64,000 nt of DNA, taken from Hyaloraphidium curvatum SAG 235-1. Its lineage: Eukaryota > Fungi > Monoblepharomycota. The notes below the pieces were generated by a model. The model made no database searches. It saw only the letters and a list, made by a program, of their open reading frames with translations, and was not told the origin of the DNA. Positions 10,109-21,681 of the stretch are shown piece by piece. Numbering within the stretch: the stretch's first letter is position 1; each line of letters begins with the position of its first letter. A program made the translations under genes and the position numbers. The stretch spans positions 1 to 64,000 of the forward strand of contig JAIVFI010000012.1 of assembly GCA_025558095.1 (NCBI GenBank), written 5' to 3'.

Positions 10109-11523
10109 TCAGTACCGGGCCCTCCCGCCGGCCGGGCGCAGCAGGACCATCCTGCGTTCCACGCCCTCCTCCCCCCCCCTTTCCCTCCAAAGCTGCACGA
10201 ACCTCTCGTCCGGATCGTCTCCCTCCCCGCGCGGGTCCCAGAACAGCACCGCCACCGGGAACTCTGCGCCCTGGTCGAACCGCCTGGCGGGGTTCCCGTA
10301 GGCCCGCCTGTTGCAGGCCTGGCAGGTGAGCGCGATGCCGAACAGCCATCCCCGCCCGCAGCGGGCGTACATGTGCGCCCCGGCCACGACCCTCGGGTTC
10401 CGGGACCGATCGGGGAGCGGGTGCCGCCCCTCGGCGTTGACGCACGGGCACAGCTCGGGGACGGGGCAGCCGGTGTCCGTGAGGTAGTACTTGGTCCAGC
10501 TCGACCATGCACGGACAAACTCTTCCTCGCTTGTCCCTTCGAGATGGTCGACCTCGGAGTAGGTCATCACGTTTCCGTAGGATGGGCCCAGTTCGAGATC
10601 CTGGGGGCGACCGTGCGACTCGGGTGATCCAGCGCCACCCCCTCCCCAGGAATCCTGCTTGCCGCCCCCGATGAATCCGGATCCGCCGCCGCCATGGGTG
10701 TCCCAACCGTCGTCCTCGTCGCCCGAGCAGGCAAGGACGCCGCACAGCACAATCAGGCCCGCGACGACCCAGTTGGTCACCACGTTCGCGAGCAGCGCGG
10801 CTCTCACGACGGCAGCAAAGGTCGCGGAGCAGCCGTTCCAGTCCCCGCATCCGTACTTGACGTCCTGTCATTCAGCGGGCGCGGCTCGCCGGAGCACGGA
10901 GGCCCACCTTGTCTTCGAACCAGGTCTGCGAGCTCGGCTTGAGGCCGTCCCAGACGGAAGCCGGGTAGCCTGTGGGATCCTTGTTGAAGGCGACGAACTG
11001 CGCCGTCGCTGCACGGTGGGGGAACACGAGTCACTGCCTTGCGGCGCTTGCCGGCGCCGCACTACCCACAGTATCCCGCGAGGACCAGCACCGAGAGGAG
11101 CGCGAAGGCGGGGAGGACGGCGCAGATGCAGAACAGGGCCTTTGGACGAGGAGGCGTCGGGCGGCGCGGCATTAGGCAACGGGGTCCGACGCCGCAGCGT
11201 GCACTCGAGCTCACCCCGTCGCGGTCCCGCGCACAAAACGAGAGCACCGCCGCGAGCGCGACGAGGCCCGCGGCAATTGCGGTGAGTATCCCGCCCACGG
11301 AGAGCGCGGCGGAGGTGCCCAGCAGGAGGCCCGCCTGAACTGCGGCGGAGGCTCCGTATAGGAGGAGCACGGCGACGAGGGCACGGCGGAGGGAGCTGCG
11401 GCGGCGCGTAAGTATGCGCGGAGACCGGAGAGGGTGTCGCGCACCCGAGGCACCCCATTCGGGCGCGATGTGCGTGTGGCGTTGTCGTGCGGCGTCCTTG
11501 TCGCAGTCCGTCGAATGTGTCAT
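10109..11523 (-). CDS. Tetraspanin-like 4TM protein with C-terminal Cys/His (HNH-like) domain; introns 11009-11069 and about 10856/10865-10907
   Basis: Exon 1 has three TM segments. The loop VWDGLKPSSQTWFEDK-YGCGDWNGC is followed by TM4, a Gly-rich linker, and then GTS..SW..YY...TG...CPC...GAHM...LTCQACN. Both GT-AG introns keep the frame. Confidence 0.65.
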
Positions 11524-11906
11524 TGAGCCCGGTCCCGATGAGCTGGAGGGCTCGACATTGCTTGCAAAGCTGAAACCGGCATGGATGGATGCTCATACGT
11601 TATTCGGATGAAGGGGCTCGACGGATCTTTGGATTTGGTATTGCAATGGGGCGTGTAACTCTTCACGCTGGACGGTCGCTGCTGGTGGTCGGTTCGTCAT
11701 CAGTTCGTCATCAGTGCTTAGCATCGGAGTCGAACTGCGTCAGGGTCGACACAAGGGGCGGAGGTTTCTCCCGGCCCTGATGTTCCTCCGTCCCTCGGCT
11801 CCGTGAGCGCACTTTGCGCCACGTCACCGCCGGGGCTCAACCACCACACGCCGACCCACGCTGCCCGCCTTCCCCGCCGTTCCTTCCTCATTTTCTTCGT
11901 CGACAA

Positions 11907-13693
11907 ATGACCAAGGACGAGCACCAGGCCAGGCCGCGCTTCGGCGACCGCGTCTCGGGCACCCTCCAGCGGTGGGCTTCCCGGGCCGTGGGCACCTGCC
12001 TTCCTCACCTCCACGCCGAAATGCCCTCCGCCGACATTACTCTCCATTCGACTTGCCCTTTCCAGCATCGCCGGATCCCTGGTTCGCCTGGGGCCGCCGC
12101 TTCCCGCCGTCCGCTCACTCTCCCGCTCCAGATGCCCGGAACCCAGCTCGGACACGAACTCAAAAGCTCCGGCGCCATGTGGGCCCCTCCCCGTCCCTCT
12201 TCCGCCGCGCATCGCTGACCACCGCACCGCCCGCAGCAAATCCGGCGCGTACGGCAGCGGCCCCACGAGGGAGGCGCGTGCCAACCTCCGCGCTCTCGAG
12301 GGCGAGCCCAGGGGGGAGGCGACGAGCGGGACGCCGGCTGCCGTGGGTTTCGCGTTCAGGGCTCCAATGGGATGGTGTCGACGCGTGGTTGTGGCAGAAA
12401 CCCGGCGAAGCGCGCGCGGAGGAGCGCGCGAGGAGTCCCGAGGCGACGCGGGGGTACGGAGCGCTTGGGACGGGGGCGGAGGACGGGGGACCGCCTTCCC
12501 AAGTCGAAAACCATTCGGACGAGGGAGGGGGGGAGGAAGGGGCCCGCGTTCCGGGGGCTTGGGAGTCCGAGGAGCACGTGTTCGCGCGGGAGAGCGGCGA
12601 GGAGGTGGTTGGGGCGGCGGGGCCGGTTCCGAGGGGGCAGGAGGAGGACGGGGATCGGTTGCCGGGGTCGTGGAGGTTCGCGCACGAGGAGAGGGAAGAA
12701 GCGGGGGACCTGGGCGCACCGACTCGGGAGGGAGGGGCGAACGAGGCTCAGGAACGGGAACACGGGGTCCGTGGGGGCCGTGCTTGTGCGTGTGCTCACT
12801 CAACTTCATACCATTCCGTACAGGCCTCCGAACCAACTAAGGCGTCGATTCCTGCCGCTCTTCCCGCCCCCGCCGACACCGCACCCATCCCTCCGGCCGT
12901 CACCGAGCACGGATCGACCCTACCTCTTCCCTCTGTGGGAGAATCCGCCACTGGTCTCGCAGCCCCGATCACGACGGGTGGGTCGGTGATCGAAGGTGGG
13001 AGCGGCGTCGGACAGGTGGGACCGTGGACCCCCGTTGAGGCCGCGGGCTTCTCACGGATGCTGACCTTTCTGGTCCCACAGCCCGGCCAGGGGGCACTCG
13101 CGGACATGTCCGGCAGCTCGACAAGCGCCGTCGGGCAAGTCATCGGGGACAGCGGGCCCGCGGACGGAGCTGGACTTGGACGGGTTTCCGAGATCGCGCC
13201 GAGCGCGCCGCCGCTGACTCCTTTTGGCCTTCACGAGGCCGAAGCCGAGAAACAGAATGCTCAGGTCGGTCCATGGGATCGGGGGCTGTCGCCGGTTCTT
13301 ACTAGCTAGCCCATTGTTGTTGCGGTTGACCCACAGGCCGCTTCCCGGATTCCTTCCGACGATACAAGCACCTTGACGAGTCCCACTTGGATCACCCTGG
13401 GCCAAGGCTCGACGGCAGCTCCGGCGCCCGAGCCCTCTCCCGCGCCTTTGCCCGATCCGACCGCAACTTCGACTGCCTCCCGTTCCGCCGCACCTGCCGC
13501 CCCCTTCACCACAACACCTCTCCCCACCTCCCCGTCCTCTACCGCACCCAACCCCTCCTATGCCAACCTCAAGCCCGGCGGCGCCGGCCCCGTGGACGTT
13601 TCCTCCTTCACCGCCGTCGACGCCCCGCCGGTCGAGTTCCCGGTCATGTACGCCGCGTCCGGGGACGAGGACGGACATGCGGGCAGGAGGTAG
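11907..13693 (+). CDS. Hypothetical low-complexity Pro/Ser/Thr/Glu-rich protein, exon structure uncertain
   Basis: Long open frames 11972-13309 and 13373-13693 with plausible splice sites. No recognisable domain. Confidence 0.35.
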
Positions 13694-13768
13694 CTAGCAC
13701 GGATATCGCATTGACGATACACTTCAGTTTCTGAAACCAGCTTGGACATCTTTTCGCCGCTGACGCTC

Positions 13769-15602
13769 TCAGGCCGACGGCGCCGCATCGCCCGCAGTCG
13801 CGAGCACTTGCCCCCAGAACTCGGCCCTGGCGTCCGCCAGCTCACTTTGCAGCTTCTTCCGGAGCTCGGCGCCTTCGGACTCCTCGGATCCGCCGTCGGA
13901 GCCCGTTCCCGACTCGGCGTCGCCGTCGTCGTCGGAGGCCGACCCCTCGCTTCCTTCCCAGCCACGGTTCCCGGCGTCGAGGTCCGCGATCTGCAGCAGC
14001 AGGTCCTCGAGCTCCTCGACCGGCATGGATCCCAGCTTCCCCTGAATCAAGGCGACAAGCTTGGCCTTCAACGCCTCGGAGGCTTCCTTGGCCTTCGCGA
14101 TCTCGAGATCGACCCCCGCCGCCTCGGCAACCTCGATCAGCTTCGAAAGGGGCATCTTCCTCGCCTTGTCCGCGTCGGGGAGCTCGACGGGCGGTGCCTC
14201 GATGAGCATCCGGTCCTCGATGCCCTCGTCCGCGGGCTCGCGCGGCCCGGCGTCGGCCGCGGCCTTGGCGACGGCCTCTTCGAACTCGTCGTCCATGGGG
14301 TGGCCGATGAACAGGATGCGGTTGTCGGTTCCGGCGACGATGGCGTGGGGGATGCCTTCCATGCCCGAGGGCTCGAAGATGGCTGCGGGATCGAGGGAAG
14401 GCGTCGGCGTCGGTCCGAGCGGGCGTGAGAGAGGGGACGCACCTTCCCGGGCCTTGAGGTCCTTGTCGATCGCGACGGTGTAGGCCATCTTGCGGCCCAT
14501 CTGCCTCACGAACCCGGCCACTTCGTCCTGCGGCCTCTCGTTGGTGATGCCGACGAAGAAGACGTTCCTGTCCTTGTACTTGGCCTGCAGTTCGCCCAGG
14601 TGCGGGATCGTGTCGCGGCACGGCGGGCACCAGGTCGCCCAGGCCTCGACGACGGTGGCCTGCTTGCTGTCGGCGGGCTCGCCGCCGATCGAGACGTCGC
14701 TCTTGCCGCGCACAAAGAGCAGCTCCGAAGCGTCGAGCTTGGGCAGGAGGTCGCCGACCTTGAGCGACTTGGATTCCGCGACCGTACCGTCCGCCATCTT
14801 GGACTCGATGCCGATGTCGGCCTCGGCGCGGGCATCGGCGTCCTCGGCGGCTTTGGCGACCGCCTTTTCGAAGGCCCTGTCCATGGGGTGACCAACGAAC
14901 AGGATGCGGTTGTCGACGCCGACGACGACGGCGTGCGGGATGCCTTGGCCTCCTGTGGGCCGGTAGATCACTGGAATCCGAAACATACGTCAGAATACTG
15001 ACTTGCGGCGGCAACCGGGGGTGCTCACGTCCGTTCGCCTCGCCCTTGGTGTCGACCGCGACGGTGTACGCCATCCGGTCCGCCATCTTGCGCACGAACG
15101 CCTCCGTCTCCTCCAGATCCTCGTCCGTGATGCCGACGAAAAAGACGTTCTTGTCGGCGTACCTGGCCTGCATCTCGCTGAGGTGCGGGATGGAACGCTT
15201 GCAGGGCGGGCACCAAGAGGCCCAGAACTCGACGACGGTGGCCTGCTTGGCGCCCCCGCCGCCGATGGCAATGTCGGTTTTGCCGCGGACGACGGCGAGG
15301 GAGGACGTGTCGAGCTTGGGTAGGAGGTCGCCGACCTTGAGCTCCGCGTTGCGCTGGCCGGGCGAGTCCCCGTCGTCGTCGCCGTCGCCGGCCCCTCCTT
15401 GCGCCAGCGCCATGAGCTCCATGAGCAGCGGGAGCCCGTTGGAGCTGTCGGCGGCGACGAGCTCGCGGATCATGGCGCGGGCCGCGTCGAGCGTGGCGCC
15501 GGCCTTGCGCGGGGGCAGAGCGCACGCGTCGCCCTCGCACTCGGCGCCGTCCGCCGCCGGAGGAGCGGCAGCAACCTTGTCATCGTTGTCGCTGGCGAGC
15601 AT
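13769..15602 (-). CDS. Tandem TlpA/redoxin (thioredoxin-fold) protein, two WCPPC domains, two introns
   Basis: VVEFWASWCPPCKRSIPHL and VVEAWATWCPPCRDTIPHL, each followed by FFVGIT and GIPHA....GHPMD. N-terminal CEGDAC and an acidic helical tail. Confidence 0.9.
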
Positions 15603-15903
15603 CGTGTTCTGAAGAGGTGCGGGTTGGTTCCTTGGAAGTGCTGCGACACCAGGGTCCGCGGTGGCTGGGTGTCCGGGTTGAGACCCGCTCTCAAACCAAG
15701 CTGAGAACCTCGACGCGAACGACCTCTTGTCTGACGGTACTTCAGTCTAGGCATTGGATCGTACGCCCGTTTGAAAGTGAAGCAGATATCGACCAGAACT
15801 TCTGGAGCGGGCTTTCATTGGATCCTAGGGGCCATCCATCGACAGTGACCCAACATCAGTCCCCTGTTAGCTTGCACCGCTTACCCAAGCCGTTTGTCGC
15901 GTA

Positions 15904-16572
15904 ATGTACCAAGTTCCTCTGTCCTGTGCTGATGCGTGCCCAGCGAGCGCCAAGCAGCCGCCTCGCCGAGGCGCGCGGCGGCCAAGGACGTACAAGGGCT
16001 TTCGGTCGCGCCACCCAAACAATGCCCCCAGGCGGCGGCCACGGCAAATTCACGGGGTGGACGCGTACCTTGCCCACGGCGACCCGCGGGTGCGCATGCG
16101 GCTGGCGCCCGAGCTCGACGCCGAGGTCGCACTGTGGGGCGTGCAGGCCCGCTTCCCCTCCGTCGTGCGGTCCGGCGCCGTCTCGCCGGGGACCAAGATC
16201 GGCAGGGGATGCTGGATCGGGGAATACGCCATAATCGGCGGGGGCTGCACCGTCGGGGACTTTTCCTTCGTGGGGGGGCTCTCGGTGCTGGGCCACGACG
16301 TCGACGTGGGGCCGTTCGTCCACCTGAGCGCCAACGTGCTCGTAGGAGGGTTCGTGGAGATCGGGCGGGGGAGCACGCTGGGGTTGGGTGCGATCGTCAG
16401 GGACCACGTGGACGTGGCCGAGTTTTCGGCGGTGGGGATGGCGGCGGTGGTGACAAAGAGCATCAGCGAGCCAGGGCAGGCGTGGGTGGGGTCGCCGGCG
16501 AGGAAGCTGGAGAAGAGGGGTGGGAGAGATGGAGAGGCCGGAGGCCGCAAGGGAGGCGGGAGCTCGCTGTAA
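15904..16572 (+). CDS. Hexapeptide-repeat acetyltransferase (NeuD/PglD-like); true 5' end uncertain
   Basis: AHGDPRVR, left-handed beta-helix repeats (IGRGCWIG, VGDFSFVG, LGHDVDVG, IGRGSTLG), AAVVTKS and WVGSPARKL. Confidence 0.75.
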   Translation: MYQVPLSCADACPASAKQPPRRGARRPRTYKGFRSRHPNNAPRRRPRQIHGVDAYLAHGDPRVRMRLAPELDAEVALWGVQARFPSVVRSGAVSPGTKIGRGCWIGEYAIIGGGCTVGDFSFVGGLSVLGHDVDVGPFVHLSANVLVGGFVEIGRGSTLGLGAIVRDHVDVAEFSAVGMAAVVTKSISEPGQAWVGSPARKLEKRGGRDGEAGGRKGGGSSL

Positions 16573-17109
16573 GCTCGGGTGCCGCGCGCGGGATGACTGG
16601 ATGCTGGCATAATGACGATGCTGACGGGCCACTACGGCGCCCTTCCCACACTCCGCTGGCCGGCCGCGCGTTCTTTTCGGCGCGCAAGTCTCGGTCCGAC
16701 TCGCGGTACCCATGGATTCGTTCGCAAACTCGGACGTGCGGTGCGATGCACAGACCGCACCACCGAGCTCGCGATTTCTTCTGGAGCTCAAACATTCCCT
16801 GATCTCGCACCGGTGGCTCTGCAGCTACGGGAGCGATGGACGAAGAGCCGGGATAGGTGGCTGGGGTTAGGCGCGAGAAGCAGCTCCGAACCGCCAATCC
16901 GGGTAGCTCCGACGGCCCAGCATTTCAGGCTTTCGTCGGCACACCACCGGAACCAAAGCCGAGGCATTACCCCCCCCCCCGAGAACAAGCTGTTGCGGGG
17001 CCTTTCGAGGAAGGGATGGCGCGATCGCGATCGTATTTCGCCCGGCTGACCGCGCCCAACCCCCCGCAACGCCGCCCGCCCGTCAGCCCTCCATTTCCCG
17101 GCTGCCGAA

Positions 17110-19035
17110 ATGCGCCTCCTCGCGCTCGCCGCCCTCCTGCTCGCCGCGTCCGCCGCCGACGCCAAGGCGTACTGCCGCCGCGGGCAGCCGTGCTGGCCGA
17201 CGGCCGCCGACGTCGCGGCGCTGACCGCCGCGCTCGACCCGGCGCTGCCGCGGCCGCTGGCGTGGCAGGCCGGCTCCCCGCGCGTGCTCGCGGTGCCGGT
17301 GCAGTCGCCGGGCGACCAGCCGCTGTACGGCGTCGGCGTGCCGGGGCTGAAGCCGGTCTACGCGCTGGCCGACGCGGACGCGAACAGGACCTGCTTCGTG
17401 GACAACTTCACGCCCGGTGAGATGCCCATTCGCACCCTTCCTGGCCGGATCAGCGCTCACTCTCCTCCATTCTAAGAGTTCTGCCTCGCGTCGGTCGTCA
17501 ACAACCCGATCCAAGCCCAACCCGCGTTCACCGTCTTCCCACTCACCACGGCCCACGTCGTCGAGGCCGTCAAGTTCGCCGAGAAGCACAACCTCTGCAT
17601 CTCCGTCGCCGGCACCGGCCACGACTTTCTGAACCGGCACTCGTGCCCCGACTCGCTCTTCATCCGCACCGGCCTGCTCAAGAACGCCTCCGCGAACCTC
17701 GCCGATCCCCGCTGGCCCGACGGCAGCATCGAGTTCGGCTCGGGCGTCACCTTCGACGAGGCGCACAAGGCCGCCGCCAGCGCCGGCCGGTTCATCGCCT
17801 CGGGCTGGGCGTCCACCGTCGGCATCGCCGGGTGGTCGCTCGGCTCGGGCCACGGGCCCTTCAGCCCCGCCAAGGGCGTCGGCGCGGACAACATCCTCGA
17901 CGCCGAGGTCGTCGGCGCGGGGGGGAAGGTGCTGCGTGCCAACGCCGGGGAGAACGCGGACCTGTGGCGGGCGCTGCGCGGCGGAGGGGGCAGCACCTGG
18001 GGCGTGGTGACCAAGCTGACCGTGCGGGCGCACAGGATCCCCGCGGGCGGGTTCACCCGCGCCGGGGCCTCGCTTGGCGCACCCCTGTGCGGCGACGGCC
18101 CCGCCAATATCGCCGCTTTCGCGCGGCGCTGGCAGGCATGGGCGGCCGAGCGCGACACCAAGTGGGGCGGCCTGGTGCACTGGTCCCCGGCAAAGCTCTC
18201 CGCCGCGCAGGCTGCCGCCGCGGGCTGCACGCACGGCATCGAGGTGTCGATAAGCTATGTCTTCCAGGGGCCCAGCACGGCGGACGAGTTCACGAGGACC
18301 TGGGGCAACCTCACCACGGCCACCAACCTCACCGTGCTGGACGTCTCCGTGCGCGGCTTCAACGACTGGGCTGCGCAGCTGGCCCAGCAGGCCGTGGAAC
18401 CCATCATCCCCACCGCGTGGCTGGCTCCGTCCCCGTCCGCGGGCTTCGCCGGTGGCCTCGACTCGACGATGCTCGCACGCGACGTAACGACCTCCAAAGA
18501 CCTGGTCGATACCCTCGTCGCCGGCCTGCTCTACTGCAAGGACACGGACCAGTGCTTCCGCCAGGAGTTCTACCAGGACATCACCGGCAACGTCGGCTCC
18601 CCCAAGGAAGGCAACGTCACCATCTCCGAGGGCTACCGCAACGCGATGGTGCACTACCTCCACCCCGGCATCTGGAACGCCCCGCTCAAGGCCAAGTTCG
18701 AAGCACTCGGCAACGCGTCGTACTTTGGCGAGAGCAGCTACTTTGGCGAGTCCTCGTACGGCGGCAGCGACTGGCAGAAGGTGTACTGGGGATCCAACTA
18801 CCCGGCCCTGCTGGCGACCAAGGAGCGGTACGACCCGAACGGCACCTTCTGGTGCAGGCACTGCGTCGGCGACGAGGCTTCGAATTCCACGACGGTGCCG
18901 ACGGGGACGACGGCCGTGGGCACGCCGACGCCGACGGGGTCGGTGACGACGTCCAGGCCCAGCGGCGCGGGGGCCTCGGGTCCGATTCACTGGGCGGCGA
19001 TCTGGGCCGTCGTGGCGGCCCTGTGCGCGCTCTGA
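17110..19035 (+). CDS. Secreted FAD-linked oxidase (berberine-bridge-enzyme-like), probable GPI anchor; intron 17417-17476
   Basis: Signal peptide, CRRGQPCWP, VAGTGHDFLNR (covalent-FAD His), TVGIAGWSLGSGHG, LWRALRGGGGSTWGVVT, YWGSNY..L...K.RYDP...FWC, Ser/Thr stalk and hydrophobic C-terminus. Confidence 0.9.
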
Positions 19036-19320
19036 ACTTGGTGGCATAACATTGGCGAGTCGGACGAGCGGTGCGGAGAGATGGCTGTTGTATTCGGATA
19101 CGAGGTTCGCGGTGGTCTTTGCCACTTGCGGGGCGGGGAAATGCGCGCGGGTCGGGGCTTTGCCCAAAACCCCGCGACCGCTCCAAATCTCCAAACACCC
19201 CACGGCGCGGCCAATCTCCACAACGTCCGGCTGCGGTATTTGAAGACGAACGGAAGACGACAGGACGCAATCGCAACCCTTTTCATCCTCGCTCTCGTGC
19301 ATCGCTCGATCTGCCCGCCG

Positions 19321-19812
19321 ATGGCCGCCTCCCTCCCGCCGCCGCACTTCCTCGAAGCGCGCGTGTTCCCGCCCGCGCTGACCGCCGCCCTCGCGCTGGC
19401 CAACTACTTCCTCGGCCGTGCGGACCCTCCCCCGCTCGGCTTGAGAACCGAACCGAACCGCCCGCTCGGCGCCGGCCTCGCGCTGGCCGGCTTGGGCCTC
19501 TTCGCCGCCGCCGCGCTGCGCTTCTCCTCCCGCAGGACCACCATCAACCCCTTCGAGCCCTCGGAAGCCGCGTCGCTGGTCACCGACGGCATCTTTGGCC
19601 TCACTCGGAACCCGATGTACCTCGGGATGGCGCTCATCGTGGCGGGGCCGGCGGCGTGGCAGGGGCAGCCGCTGGGGGCGCTGGTCGCGGCCTGCTTCGT
19701 GGGTTACATCACGAGGTTCCAGATCGTGCCGGAGGAGAGGGCGCTGTACGGCAAGTTCGGGGACGGCTACGCGGAGTACGCGGCGAGGACGGCCCGATGG
19801 ATCATCTTCTAG
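19321..19812 (+). CDS. Isoprenylcysteine carboxyl methyltransferase/PEMT-family membrane methyltransferase (bacterial-like)
   Basis: TTINPFEP..ASLVTDGIFGLTRNPMYLG and RFQIVPEERAL..KFG..Y.EY...T.RWI. Intronless. Confidence 0.85.
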   Translation: MAASLPPPHFLEARVFPPALTAALALANYFLGRADPPPLGLRTEPNRPLGAGLALAGLGLFAAAALRFSSRRTTINPFEPSEAASLVTDGIFGLTRNPMYLGMALIVAGPAAWQGQPLGALVAACFVGYITRFQIVPEERALYGKFGDGYAEYAARTARWIIF

Positions 19813-20305
19813 CGCAATCGAGGCAGGAGCAGAATGTTCGGGGCGGCGGACCCGGCCGGCACTTTTCGATTCCGATCGCCACGGAGCCGTCCTTCGACTT
19901 CGAGCTAGAAAGCTGCAGTCCGTTTCCCGCGGGGTCTCGAAATCCGAAGGGACCGCGGACCGGGCGGATTCAGGCGGCGAGCCTAATGCTCATGGCGCCG
20001 AAAGTACCGTTCATGCAATCGCGGGTCGAATTGCTTCGTATCTTCCGCTCTCCACAACCGACATGTGTGCTCCGGGCCGCCAGATTTTCTTCAAGGCGGT
20101 CGGGCGGACCGTTCTCTGGGACGGCACGGGGACCGCGAAAAGGCGGACAAGGGTTCAACTCACGTCCAAAGAGGTTCTTCTGTCGTCCATCCCCCGGCTC
20201 ACGAAGGGCAAGTCAAGACCTGCGATCACGTGAAGTCATCGGGAGGACCTGTTGAGCCGACCGCCGAAGATAAACAACACTTTTGACTCCCCAATCCTGC
20301 CCGCG

Positions 20306-21480
20306 ATGGCCGCCGTCTCGGCGCCGTTGGACGTCGAGGCGCTTCTCCGACGCGGCGGCTTCCGCTTCGACCGCTCCTTCGATGTCTCGCCCGTCGCGCA
20401 CGCCGACGGGACCCCCTTCACGAAGGAGCGCCCGCCCACGCGATTCCGGGGGGCCATGTCCTCGGGCTGGATCGGCGGCAACGGGCGTCTCATCGGATCC
20501 TACGTCTACTGCTTCGCGCTGCGCTGCATGTTGGCCTACACGGCCCCGCTGGGCTACCCGGACCCGGTCTCGCTGCACACCGACTTTTACGCCTCGGCCC
20601 CGGCCGGCGCCGAGGTCGAGGTCGTCCTGAAGGAGCGGAAGCGGGGCAAGAGCTACGTCTTTGTCGACGCCGAGCTCCTGGTGCTGCCGCCAAAAGACGG
20701 GAAGGAGCTGGTTTCTGCCACGCTCTCGAAGAAACCCTTGAAGGCGGCTGGGCCCGTCCCCATTGTCGGCTGCCACGGGGTCTTTGGCAATCTGCTGCCG
20801 GAGGGCGAGGGCCGCCAGGTGGTCACCACCCGCTACAAGGCGCCCTCGGTCATCCCGCCGTTCGACCAGTGCGTCGACCCGTACCGGCTTTTGGCCTACT
20901 CGCGGCCGGACACGATACACCGGCAGCCCTCCGACACTGCCATAAACGTTCGGGATACGGTGGTCCAAAGATCAGATCCCGCTGCCCTCATCAAGGCCTT
21001 CAAGAAGGCCGAGGCCGAGATCAAGGGCGGAAGCGCGACGTCAGTCCTCGATTATGGGGAGGCCGAGCAATGGGTTTCGATGTCGGACAGCCGGCCCAAC
21101 GACGCCTTGAGCATCGCCTACTACTGCGATATGCTGTGAGTTCGCCTTTTCTCAACGCTTTCAATCGAGTCCTTACATGTTTGAACAGCCCACCCAACTA
21201 CGTCCTCCAGGAACGCCTCGAGCGAGCCCGCTACGGCGTCCGCAAGCTCCCCACCACCATCTCCCTCTCGATCCACTTCTACTCGCTGCCCAAGACCGTC
21301 CTCCTCCGCCGCTCGGTCGTTGCGAGCCTGTTCTCGGCCGGCAGGGGCGGCGCGGGCCTCTCGGACTTTGAGATCTGCCTATGGGACGAGTCGGGGGAGC
21401 ACGTCGTGGCGCTGGCGAGGCAGACGGTCCACCTGCTCGAGATCCCGGACCGGAAGGCGGGTTCCAAGGCCAAACTATAA
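20306..21480 (+). CDS. Double-hotdog acyl-CoA thioesterase-like protein with PTS1 (-AKL); intron about 21136-21188
   Basis: W.G....IGSY, PDPVSLHTDF, DALSIAYYCDM, PTTISLSIHF, LWDESG..VALARQ, ending SKAKL*. Confidence 0.8.
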
Positions 21481-21681
21481 GCTCGGCCGCGATTAGAGCC
21501 GCAGCCTCGGCACGAATCGATCCAGAGTCTACATCTGCCGTGTGCGCACGATCGAGTGATTGGAGGGCAGCGGGTAATCCACGGGTCCCCGAGCAAGGAT
21601 CTTCCACTCGTCAAACGCCACGACGGGGACCCCGCTTCCTCCCCTAAGAGAACCAGCCACGCCGCGGAAGACGGTACAGAG

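Noticed and set aside
13769-15602. Possible selenoprotein (UGA in a redox motif)
   Set aside because: Both active sites are plain CPPC and no in-frame TGA is needed.
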